Source: Octopus sinensis (taxonomy: Eukaryota). From it: a stretch of DNA of 64,000 nucleotides. This document shows, one piece after another, positions 41,677-53,089 of this stretch (within the stretch, counting starts at the first letter, position 1; every line of letters begins with the position of its first letter). The DNA lies in assembly GCF_006345805.1 (NCBI RefSeq), contig NC_043011.1, forward strand, positions 13,776,464-13,840,463, given 5' to 3'. Under the pieces are notes generated by a model. That model ran no database searches and had not been told where the DNA came from. It saw only the letters and a program-made list of their open reading frames with translations. Position numbers and translations under genes: made by a program.

Positions 41677-42554
41677 CTAAGAAAATTAAGAAAGTGGTAA
41701 TTAGTTTTAGAACATTAAGAAATGTCTTGACGTGGGTTGGCTATTTTACTGAATATAAATGATATTCCCTTTGCAAACACTGATCTGACAATATCATGAA
41801 CATTTCTGGACAGTAAGATTGATGAAAACAATCAATGAAAATAATAATAATAATAATAATGAAATTATTGTATACAGTGCTCAGGCGCACCACAACTTGT
41901 CAGAAAGTGCGTATAAAGTATATGCAGTAATGTACAAATGTCTGGAAAGAGAACAATGTATGAGTCAGATACATGCTTGTGTGTATGGAGGGGAGAAAAT
42001 CAGGTGTAGTGTTGGCGAATCTCAGGAAGCATGGAAGTTTTGAAGGATGCAGTGCTCCGACAAAATATTTTTATGTCATCGAAGATGGAAAAGTCTTTTG
42101 TGAAAACATAACAAATGTTTGCAAAAGAAATCTTTTCTATCATAATTGATGGAATTAAGACATTTCAGTCACCCAAATTTTAGTTGCAATTGTGAGGGGT
42201 ACTTTGATTTGAAAATTAATGGATACGATAGATGTACTTGTTAGATACCAGAATAGTTGAAAATGGAACAGATTTCAGTCTTTACAATGTGTCACATCTA
42301 CATTGTGAGAAAAATATATTTCTTGAGAAAATATGAGATATTCAAATACTAAATGTTCTTCCATGCTAAGCACCAAATGTGGGTTCCGAAACTTATTATT
42401 CGATGAGTCTGTCATTCTGACACTCTTTGTCTCTGTCAAAACTACAGAATTTATAACTCATATTTTGACATCTTAAGAATCCCATTATTTTCCTTGCAGC
42501 AGCAACCGGTAATGAGATTTCCCACTCATTCAGGAACCAATTCCAACAACATAC

Positions 42555-42890
42555 CATCATCATCATCGCTTAACATCCGCTTTCCATGCTAGCACGGGGG
42601 CCAGTCAGGCGGTACTGGCAACGACCTCGCTCGAATCTTTTTACACATTCCACTAGCACAGGTACCAGTAAGGCGACGTTGGTAACGATCACGCTCGAGC
42701 TCTTGGCACCCTACTAGCACGGGCACAAGTGCCAGTAAGGGGAGGCTGGTAACGATCATGCTCGAATGGTGCCTTTTAAGTGCCACTGGCACGGAAGCCG
42801 GTTAGCCACTCTGTCAATGATCACACTCATATGGTGCTCTTTGCACCCCACTAGCACGGACGCCAGTCATCGATTTTGATTTTGCTTTTG
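42555..42890 (-). mobile_element. RTE 3'-end fragment
   Basis: catcatcatcatcgcttaacatccgctttccatgctagca tail plus the repeated tactggcac..ccagt 3'UTR unit. Confidence 0.75.
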
Positions 42891-43414
42891 ATTGATTTGA
42901 TACCAAAATATACCTAAACTTGTGGCTGTCTTGTAAAACGGTTTTTACAGTAAAATTAGAACCAGTTGATGTTTATTTCTTTATTTTCAAAGTGAAATCA
43001 AAGTTGACAAATTGATGGTACCTCTGGTACCTGTTTCAGTCCAGTCATTAGACTGTGACCATACTGAGAAGTAAACTTTTTACTACATAGTTGTGCCTGT
43101 AGTTATTATTATTATTATTTATTTGTTTATTTATTTAGTTAGTTTTAATAAACTCAAGCAAGGCTGAGTACAGCTACCATTTAATGATATAATTAGAATA
43201 TAAAACTTTTGAGTTACTTTTTTAAAGATGAGTTAAAGTGAAACATGAAATTATCAGAAATTTATTATCCAAATAAAACTAACTATAAAAACGACAATAT
43301 TTAGCTTAAAGGAAAGGCAATTAACATATTTAGTTAACGAACCATTTGATGATAAAATTAGTGGAATTCCAAATAGAATTTCCTTTCAGTGAAGATGGTA
43401 TTACTATATGCTAA

Positions 43415-43607
43415 GGCGGCGAGCTGGCAGAAACATTAGCACGCCAGGTGAAATGCATAGCAGTATTTCATCTGCCGCTACGTTCTGAGTTCAAATTCCG
43501 CCGAGGTCGACTTTGCCTTTCATGCTTTTGGGCTCGATTAAATAAGTACCAGTTATGCACTGGGGTCGATATAATCGATTGTCCTCTCTGTGGGTAGTAA
43601 AGAAATA
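43415..43607 (+). mobile_element. SINE family A copy, internally deleted near its 3' end
   Basis: ggcggcgagctggcagaaac head; 18-nt flanking direct repeat ggtattactatatgctaa. Confidence 0.88.
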
Positions 43608-44523
43608 GGTATTACTATATGCTAAAAGTATTAGATCTGTGAATAGCTCACAATCCTTGTCATGAAATGGTAAGAATCCACTGGCTGTTTACTTCACATT
43701 CATTGTACCAGAATACATGATTGATCAATGGAAGAGTTACCGTTTAACAGCAGCCAATTCTATCAGTTTCTACAGAAAATATTACAAGTTAAAAGATATA
43801 AAAGATGCTCTTCATAATTCTAAATAGGATTTGTTAACTGATTTTATAACCAGTCATTGTGGAATAGTAGTAGATGAATCCTGCCTGCAGCCTTAGCATG
43901 GGCAAATTCCCTTGACATGATTAGAAGGGGCCTCGATGCAGCTGGCTTCCTAGCTCAACTGGAGCAAGTAGTCCTCAACCATGTATTTAAATGTTATAAT
44001 TTAAAATGTGTTCTGTTGTATAATTGACTGTAGAAATAAAGCTTCTGTTTACCTAATAAATAATCTATATAATAATGGAGAAAGCTGCTTATTAATTAGG
44101 TATGTAACAATTACTAAAAGTATTGAAAGGGTTGACCATCTGGAAATATTTTTATAAATTTATGTTCTAAGAAATTTCCTATAATTTCGATTTCTCAAGT
44201 TTCTTGAAATTTTTTAACTCCAATTTCTCACAAATTTAAGTATTCATTGCATTAAGTTTTCATTCGCAATTTGGAAAACCGACAGTTTATTCTATTGGCG
44301 ATCTTTCGTTTTGACTCAAACTCTGTCGGAAAAATTCTTTCTCATAAATCTCTATTTACTCTGAAGCCACATCTAAGTGGTATTTGTAGAAAATTTTGTT
44401 AAAAAGTATCCATTTTTCTGGATGTCATGAAGCAACAAAGTGGGAGCGTATACATCTGTAGTAATGTCCTTTTATTTATACGATATTTTCATTTCATGCC
44501 TATTTCATTCCTTGTTTGCAATG

Positions 44524-44554
<31 letters not shown>

Positions 44555-45251
44555 TCATACTGCAAAGATTATAGAAGGGCTGCTGAATTGAAATCTCAAT
44601 GTTACTTTGAGGGGAAAGTAAAACTTGACAAACTGCTTCTCCCTCTGTTGTTGGACTACTGTGATGTTTGTTTAAAAAAAAGAGATTTTAATTGTGATAA
44701 AATAATAAAAGCAATACTTACTAAGTGAGAAAGCACTATTATAGAAAGAAATAATTAGATGTAAAATATAAAAATTATATTAAGGGGCTAGCAAAAAAAT
44801 GACTGGATGGCAGTCTTTCTGCTAGTTGATATGTTTTATTTAACAGCTGTTTCCTCATGGATAAAGATCAACATCATCATCATTTTACCATCTACTTTTC
44901 TATACTTGCATGGGTCAGATGAAAGTATGTTGAAGTAGATGTTTTCTGCAGCTGGATGCTCTTCCTGTCGCTAACTCCCACTTGTTTCCAGGTAAGGTAA
45001 TAATCTCTCAGTCAATTGAACATCAAACAGACTGGATTGGATATGTTTTATGTGAAGAACAGGAAATAGATGACACTGTTTAATGAGCCTTTCTGCTTAC
45101 AAATATTGTACAACATGTCAAGATACCTGGATGTCCTTTCACAGTGGACTGAAAACCAATAACACTTGCAGACAGCCATTGTTTACAAAGCAGCAAATAT
45201 GAGAGAAATATGAACTCACTCACACAATCATACATAGAAATACACACACAC

Positions 45252-45332
<81 letters not shown>

Positions 45333-45394
45333 ATAGACTTCTTCAGTATCCTTCGACCAAATCAACTCAAAAGGCTTTGGTCAACATGAGGCTA

Positions 45395-46658
45395 AGCAGG
45401 TCAACTGAAAAGTTCATAGTCTGACCAAGATACTCTCATGGAATGAGGCCATATGAGGTTTACTTTTTAACATAGACCTCCCCACCCCTTTGTGCTCCAC
45501 ACACTTTTTCCATCAGTGTTGCAGTGCTTGGGTTCCATTGGTGCAGAAGCTTTCATCCTGTTACTCAAAAACAGTCATCAGCAGCAGATACAATATCATC
45601 ATCACTGTGATACTGGTTCCCAACCAAGTGCTTTTTTAATCCAGTGGTGGGGGGGGGCAGATAATAGTCAAATGGGGCCAACCCAAGAGAATAGGAAGGT
45701 GATCAACCAGCTCAAGGCCACAGTCATGCACAGCAGCCATTGAAACCAAAGACTTGAGTGCTGGAGTATTGCTTTGATGAAACAAAACCCCTTTTATTAG
45801 TTTCCCTGGGCATCTGGTCTTGATAGCCTTTCATAACTGCCTCAATAAATTGGCATAATACTCTCCATTGATGATGTGGCCCTTTTGAAGAGTCAATAAA
45901 CACAATACCTTTTGTATCCCAAAAAACTGAGGCCATCAGCTTACCTGCAGATGGGACCACCTTTGCCTTCTTTAAAGCAGGTGAGGAGAGGAGGTTCTAC
46001 TGCATGCATAGTCTTTTAATCTCTGGTTCAAAGTGATGAATTCAATACTCATCCTGGTTTAGGAAACATTCAAGGAAGCCAGCTGGACTGGCCTCAAACA
46101 ATGTCAGATTTTCCCATGATGTAATCAGCCTGGTGCGCTTTTGATCAGATATCAGAAGACATGGCGCCCACCAAGCAAAAGCCTTCATCATGCCAAGTTC
46201 AATGCGCAAAGTAATCTCAACTTTCCTTCATAGGATATGCTAATCATCATCATCCATACATTGGTTATTTGATTTATAGTCAACCACCGGTCATCCATCA
46301 TGTGGTGGTAGATTCAGGATGTCCAGACCTGGGATCATTTCAAGACTCTTTCTCCTTCCCCTCCTAAATACAGCTGCCCACTTTTGCATTGTTGTTAAAC
46401 CTGGAGCATCATTCCCTAATGAAGCAACCAGGCTGCTATGAATGTCATAGGAGGCTAAACCCTTTTTCTGCAGGTACTTGATAACATCATGATGACAAAT
46501 TTTGCCCATTTTCAAGAATAGTTACAATAGTTGTTTTTTAAGTCTTCTTTGAACAGTCAGCTGTCAGTTTACCTGGAGAGAAACAATGCAGTTATTAATG
46601 AGAAAAGTTGAAATTAATGCATATAAGATAAGCATATGAACTTTTCAGCTAACCTTCA
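45395..46658 (-). mobile_element. Near full-length (~1.27 kb) decayed mariner transposon
   Basis: TIRs ..ctgaaaagttcata / tatgaacttttcagctaacc. ORF pieces KICHHDVIKYLQKKGL..TMQKWAAVFRRG (HTH) and VPSAGKLMASVFWDTKGIVFID. Confidence 0.88.
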
Positions 46659-46868
46659 TATAGTAAAAACCTCAATGGAACCGAACCTAAAACCCATGTG
46701 GTTTGGAAGCAAACTTCTCAAGCACACAACCATAACAGCTTTGGGTGGAATTGACATACTGTTAGAAGAAATACAAATAAAGTAACTGCAGTAGTCAGTC
46801 GTAGTACTACAATAATTAGGCTTAGATTTGTCCAAGACAGAACTACAGCAATATTCAACTTCTCATAT

Positions 46869-47258
46869 ACTCTTTTTTTTACTTGTTTCAGTCATTTGAC
46901 TGCGGTCATGCTGGAGCACCGCCTTTGGTCGAGCAAATCGACCCCGGGACTTATTCTTTTGTAAGCCCAGTACTTATTCTATCGGTCTCTTTTGCCGAAC
47001 CGCTAAGTAACGGGGACATAAACACACCAGCATCGGTTGTCAAGCAATGCTAGGGGGACAAACACAGACACACATACATATATATACATATATACGACAG
47101 GCTTCTTTCAGTTACCGTCTACCAAATCCACTCACAAGGCATTGGTCGGCCCGGGGCTATAGCAGAAGACACTTGCCCAAGATGCCACGCAGTGGGACTG
47201 AACCCGGAACCATCTGGTTGGTTAGCAAGCTACTTACCACACAGCCACTCCTGCACCT
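46869..47258 (-). mobile_element. SINE family B copy
   Basis: Highly similar to 38177-38575. Confidence 0.9.
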
Positions 47259-47500
47259 ATAAGAATCATATGTGGAGATGACTGGAGGATAAAGAGAACA
47301 ACTTCAATAAGACCCTAATGGAGACTATCTTGATAATAAATGTTAGTAACCAAATCATTACAACTGGCAATTTTAATGGACATCTCAGATAGCTTTATGG
47401 TAGCTTCTCTGGTGTACATGGTGTAGTATAGTGAATGAATGGGATCAGGGTTCCTGGAGTTTTGTGAAACAAATGACCAACCACTTCCAATAATGAACAC

Positions 47501-47719
47501 TTGAGGTTAAAAAAACATTCTGTGCCGTATGAATATGTCCCTCGTTTAAGAAACAGATTGGGTTTATTTACATTTGTGAAGAAAAAAAAGATACCCTCCC
47601 CCTCCCCCCAACCCTAAAACAGATTGAAATGCAATAGATCGATACTAGGGGTCATAATTATGGGTGACAATTTCATATGACACCGTTAGAAAAAACTGCC
47701 GTTCAAACCGAAAAGATCC
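47501..47719. mobile_element. MITE family M1, copy 7 (one-ended)
   Basis: Internal homology plus one TIR ending gaaaagatcc. Confidence 0.85.
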
Positions 47720-48053
47720 CAATGTATGATTGAGGGAGTGTGTCTATTTTGTGTAGTTATTTACTGATTTTCCTCAGTTTTTTTTCCTCCGTTTTCCTAC
47801 AGTTTAATTTTGTGATAGCATTTTCAATCTCCCTGAATCAATGCAAATAAATCGTTCTTGTTTAGGTGGGAATGAAACACCATTTTGTACTGATCCCAAT
47901 CTACAAACAAAACCTTTAAAACGATGCAACTGTTGATATAAATCCCTCACACGTGTCATTCTTAGAAAACAACTGCTAATCCGAAATATGTTAATGAAGA
48001 AAACAGATGATAGAGACAGTTTTTATATATATATATATATATATATAAATATA

Positions 48054-48255
48054 CATATTTTAAGCAAGTGTACATTTAAACACAAGAGAAACTAACTTTT
48101 AACAGGTAATTATACATGCTAGAAATAGCAGCCAACACCACGATTTAATAGCAATTTTCGTGTTTGGCCGTGTTGGCTGCTATTTCTAGCGTGTAAAATT
48201 ACCTGTTAAAAGGTAGTTTTCTATTGTGTTTAAATGTACACTTTTTTAAAATATG
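48054..48255. repeat. Fold-back inverted repeat (~85-bp arms, ~31-nt loop), likely a small MITE
   Basis: ..ctagaaatagcagccaacac / gtgttggctgctatttctag.. with pairing extending to catatttt / aaaatatg. Confidence 0.8.
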
Positions 48256-48571
48256 AATATGTTATCTATTGACTATTTATACATGTTAGACCACTGGTAG
48301 TGATATTTATAACGAATATTCGCCACCCTATATATATCTTATGTATGTATATATATATATATAGTACAAAGTGAGATAGGAGTTATAAGGGTAACCCACT
48401 ATGGGATATCAGTTATCCAACATATACTGTTGGTAAAGTACCCAAATGCCAAATACATAAATGCTTATAATTGCAATGCAATTAATTCATTTATTAATAT
48501 ATGAAATGGTAATATCTGTAAGTTGATGATTGAAATTAATTTGTTCCTCCATTTTCTTATTTGTATTATAT

Positions 48572-48614
<43 letters not shown>

Positions 48615-48999
48615 TTGTTCCGCTACTCCTCGAAAGACCACTGAGTGAATTAAGGGTACTTCTTCAGTACCCGAATTAAGTTATTTTTTATCCCCTTCAT
48701 TTGTACGCGTGATCATATATATCACTATTATAATTCTGAAATAAATGAGGTATTAAAAATTGAAACATTAAGAATAAAGAGTAGAAAGGATGCATAAAAT
48801 TTGAAGTAATATAATTAGTAAGGCCTAAGAAGTGACTTTTTAATTAAGTTCGTCCCCCAGAAAAAAAATATATAAAAATGTAAGTTTCAGTGTCTGGGAG
48901 AAGATAAACATATGTGAACGTCGTATGTCACGAATATAAATCTAGCAAGGCATCAAATAGAAATTGTGTATTCGGAATTAAATGTTGTAACAGATATAC

Positions 49000-49091
49000 C
49001 TTTCTCTATCGGAGTGAGTAAAATTTGGGTTCCACGGACGAGTCGAAGAAACGGATCGCGATGCAGCAGAGATGGAAGCTGCAGACGCCAT
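49000..49091 (-). CDS. SRP19: SRP19 exon 1 (coding part)
   Basis: aaaaacATGgcg start. MASAASISAASRSVSSTRPWNPNFTHSDRE(R) then donor AG|gtatat; 92 nt, phase 2, matching exon 2. Confidence 0.9.
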
Positions 49092-49139
49092 GTTTTTTGT
49101 GAAGAGGTCATAAGTTGAATTACCTCCCTTGAAATAACT

Positions 49140-49149
49140 CCCCCCGCCC
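49140..49149 (-). promoter_or_regulatory. GC box (Sp/KLF-like) in the SRP19 proximal promoter/5'UTR
   Basis: GGGCGGGGGG ~50 nt upstream of the ATG; motif match only. Confidence 0.35.
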
Positions 49150-49296
49150 ACTAACCCACCCAGCCTGTCTGCTCTCCAAGAAGTCTTTGATCTTTGGTCA
49201 AAATAACAGCTGACCATGAGATCAATTTTTTTTAATGTTTGGTTTGCTTTTTATAAATGCAATTGACAAACTAAATATATTAATATAACGAAACTA

Positions 49297-50103
49297 GGAT
49301 CTTTTCGGTTTGAACGACAGTTTTTTTTCTAGCGGTGTCATATGAAATTGTCACTCATAATTATGACCCTAGTATCGATCTATTGCATTTCAATCTGTTT
49401 TAGGGTTAGGGTTAGTTAGGATTAGGGAGGAGGGTATCTTCTTTTCTTCACAAATATAAATAAACCCAATTTGTTTCTTAAACGAGGGACATATTCATAC
49501 GGCACAGAATGTTTTCACCTCAATAGACGTCAGTGATCGGTTGAAATTGCAGAAATTGAAGAAAAAAACAAGAAATATCTTATAAACCATAGAATTTTCT
49601 CAATAAAGCCAAGAGAAAAAGATGTTTTATAATCACACTAGCAGTATCGCCCGGCGTTGCTCGGGTTTGTAAGGGAAATAACTATAAAGCATTTTTAGAG
49701 AGTTATAGCCAAAAAATAGCCAAAAAATGGGAAAAAAAATTATGGTAAATTTTTTTTGAGAGTTAAAAAGGTCGAGTTGCGTCCCCATGACAGTCTGTGG
49801 TTTGTGTTTCTGATTCTCGACCCCATGTCGAATTTATCGATTTTTTTCAGAACTGGGGGAACTTTTCAAAATTTCCGCTGCGTTAGTTTTGAATTATGAC
49901 ATTGGGCTATGTGTGTGTCAAGTTTCATCAGAATCGGTTGAAAGCAGTGGTCAGGGTGAGGGTACAACCTAACAGACACACAGACACGCAAACAGACAAA
50001 CTGCCGTTTATATAGAGAGAGATTCTACCAGTATACGAAGTTTAAAAGTGTTTAGTTACGTGGAAATTATTTTTAAAAAGTGCCGGTCAAACCGAAAAGA
50101 TCC
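49297..50103. mobile_element. MITE family M1, copy 8, interrupted by a Helitron-like element
   Basis: Both TIRs present; the MITE sequence resumes at attctaccagtatacg after the insert; flanks (cgaaacta/tatatcta) do not form a clean TSD. Confidence 0.88.
49637..50022 (+). mobile_element. Non-autonomous Helitron-like (Lep1/HINE-type) element nested in M1
   Basis: 5' ACTAGCAGTATCGCCCGGCGTTGCTCGGG, 3' CAGACAAACTGCCGTTTATATAGAGAGAGA; no duplication of host sequence. Confidence 0.7.
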
Positions 50104-50339
50104 TATATCTATATATGTTTTGTAATTTTAATTTTGTTAGTGAAATGAAACAGTTGTAGGTTAATAAATTAATTAATAAATTAATTAGTATCCATTAGAT
50201 CTCTCTGTTTTCTAACTTGATGATAATGTTTGATATTTTAAAATATTTTATATGATATATTCATTGAAGAAATATCTCTTCAAAATATTATATATTAAAC
50301 CAGTGTATCTTGGATAAAATCCCTATAAGAGGTTTAAAT

Positions 50340-51270
50340 ATCCTCATTGTGACTATATGTGTGTGTGTTTCTTTATTGGCCACACAGGGCTGAACAAAGA
50401 GGGGACAAAATATAAAGTAGAGCTTTTCTTTTTGGGAAGAAGAAAAAAAAAAGGGATTGTGGAAAAAAAAGGGGCCATTCAATAGGGATCGTGTATCACA
50501 GAAATGTCAATGTAAAAAAGGAAAACAGATTAGGTTTATCCATGGAAAGAAAAGCCAATGGAAAAGACCACCGGAACCTTGGGCAAGTGTCATGCAAAAA
50601 ACACATTACAGTAAGTGGCTCTCTTTTTTCCTTTCTTTTTTTTGGTTCATAGGATTATGCTCAAGCTGGCTCCGTTATTCACACGTGCCATCCTTGCTAC
50701 ATTCACCCATCTTTTTTTTAAACATTCACTAGACAAAACTTCCCTCTCTATCCTCCCCTTCTTCTTCAAGTGATACTTGAAGGAGTTGACAAGAGATTGA
50801 CCAGAGAGGAAAGTGTTTGTCTCTAGACCTTTCGGACGCATCGACCATACACATTCTTTCGCCATAGCCAAAAGTATGATGAAAATGGAAATTCCTTCCC
50901 GTTTCAAGGAAGGAGACGTGACAATATTCATGATAGACTCAGTTGATAAACCAACTCGTGGCACACGCGATAGCAGCCATTCGACATAGGCCCACAGGTC
51001 AGAAGTGGTTGGACACTGTACGAGTGCTTGCAGGACGATTTCGTCACTCTGACTGCATCTCAGACAGGTCAGCCCCATGTTTCTCAAGCCATGCCTGTAG
51101 AGCTTATCCCAAACAGGTAGCGCTTCTCGATAGCACTGCCAGGCCACGGATCTCTGGCAGTTGTCTCTAGGTCCCAGCCCGAAAGTTGTCTTGAACAGGC
51201 GGGTCAGGTATTCCTCGTCGGCGCTCAGGTTTGCCCCAAGATCATCATTATACCTCCCATCAGGAGAGTC
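50340..51270 (-). mobile_element. L1/Tx1-clade LINE 3' fragment (zf-RVT/CCHC region + 3'UTR)
   Basis: ORF 50647-51321 contains WQCYREALPVWDKLYRHG..CLRCSQSDEIVLQALVQCP..LW, followed by a T-rich 3'UTR. Confidence 0.8.
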
Positions 51271-51374
51271 ATTTTCTTTTTGTGCCTTATAATTTAACAC
51301 ACTCACCGGTAAAATTTCCACTTATTTCTTATTTTTATTTTCCTAAAATTTTCGTTGCGTCTTGCAACCATTTC

Positions 51375-51439
51375 AATAGTCTTGACTCTGTCCATTATTT
51401 ACACTGCCAATGTAAATAACGGACAGAGTCAAGACTATT
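51375..51439. repeat. Hairpin: 29-bp arms (1 mismatch), 7-nt loop
   Basis: aatagtcttgactctgtccattatttaca-ctgccaa-tgtaaataacggacagagtcaagactatt. Confidence 0.9.
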
Positions 51440-51698
51440 AAAAAGGTGTTGGTGTGTTTATGCTTCCATAACTGCTAAAGACAGTTTGGCAAAACACACC
51501 AATAGAATAAGTACTTGATTTTTAAAAAGACCAGGGGTCAATTTGTTGTTCAAGGCTGTACCCCAGCATGACCACAGTCAAATGACAGAAACAGATAAAA
51601 AAAGCTAAATTGTATTTAATAGATTCAAATTCATACACTTGTAAAGCAGAGACTGTTTGATATTTATCAATCCACTTAGAATTCTTAAAATATATCAT

Positions 51699-52323
51699 AG
51701 GTGTAGGAGTGGCTGTGTGGTAAGTAGCTTGCTTACCAACCACATGGTCCAGGTTCAGTCCCACTGCGTGGCACCATAGGCAAGTGTCTTCTATAGCCTC
51801 GGGCTGACCAAAGCCTTGTGAGCGGATTTGGTAGATGGAAACTGAAAGAAGCCCGTCGTATATATGTATGTATGTATGACCGCGTGTGTACCGTTGGCGA
51901 TATTTTTCCTCTGTCTTCCCTTCTCTGGATCTTTCCTTCTCCTATGTTTCCGACGAAGAGCTCCACTCGAAACATTAAACCTTCCTTCTTTCCTTCTTTC
52001 CTGAGCGTCCAATAATACTATATTTGTTCCACGTCCTCGCATTGTTGTGTTTTTTGTGCTTTCATGTTTGGATTAACTTTATATATATGTGTATGTGTGT
52101 GTGTATGTGTTTGTGTGTCTGTGTTTGCCCCCCCCCCCAACATCGCTTGACAACCAATGCTGGCGTGTTTACGTCCCCGTAATCTAGCAGTTCGGCAAAA
52201 GAGACCGATAGAATAAGTACTAGGCTTCCAAAGAATAACTCCTGGGGTCAATTTTCTTCACTAAAGGCAGTGCTCCAGCATGGCCACAGTCAAAATGACT
52301 GAAACAAGTAAAGAGTAAAGAGT
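51699..52323 (+). mobile_element. SINE family B copy carrying a nested hammerhead-motif element (51878-52085)
   Basis: The SINE body is interrupted within its internal (TA/TG)n tract by a copy similar to 1918-2178. Confidence 0.85.
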
Positions 52324-52630
52324 ATACTGTTTACAGGATGAAAATTAAACAAAAAAATGTGCAGAACATTTTATTTAAGAGACAGAGGTACAAATTAATT
52401 GAATTCTAAAACAGAATATATTCAATTTTAATGAATTCACTTAAAAATATAAAGAACAAAACTATTTTATACATACCATATGCAAATTAACCAACTTCAA
52501 AAACAGGGTCTGTTTACTCAATTACAGGGCACAGCATATTGCATAATAATCCCTGATTTCTAGAAATTCCAGATTTCTGGTAGCCAGATACAAGATCTGC
52601 TGCTGTGTGTATATGTATTCAACAAGGATG

Positions 52631-53067
52631 GGATCTTTTCGGTTTGAATGGCAGTTTTTCCTAGCGGTGTCATATGAAATTGTCACCCATAATTATGACC
52701 CTAGAATCGATCTATTGCATTTCAATCTCTTTTAGGGTTAGGGTTAGTTAGGGTTAGGGTTAGGGTTAGGGGTGGGGGAAGGGTATCTTTTTTTTCTTCA
52801 CAAATGTAAATAAACCCAATGTGTTTCTTAAACGAGGGACATATTCATACAGCACAGAATGTTTTTTAACTCAATAGACGTCACTGATTGGTTGAAATTG
52901 CAGAAATTGAAGAAAAAAAACAACAAATATCTTACAAACTATAGAATTTTCTCAATAAAGCCAAGAGACAAAGATGTTTTATAAACACACTCTAACAGAA
53001 TACGAAGTTTAAAATTTTTAGTTACCTAGAAATTATGTTAAAAACTGCCGTTCAAACGAAAAGATCC
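52631..53067. mobile_element. MITE family M1, copy 9, with six TTAGGG units
   Basis: TIRs; degenerate TSD caaggatg/aatggatg; TTAGGG tract at 52732-52771. Confidence 0.9.
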
Positions 53068-53089
53068 AATGGATGTATTAGAACTATTA

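Noticed and set aside
50647-51321. 224-aa ORF as a host gene
   Set aside because: It matches the LINE ORF2 C-terminal zinc-knuckle region and is 5'-truncated; it is a TE remnant.
52732-52778. True telomere or chromosome-fusion scar
   Set aside because: Only six units, located at a fixed internal site of a multicopy MITE.
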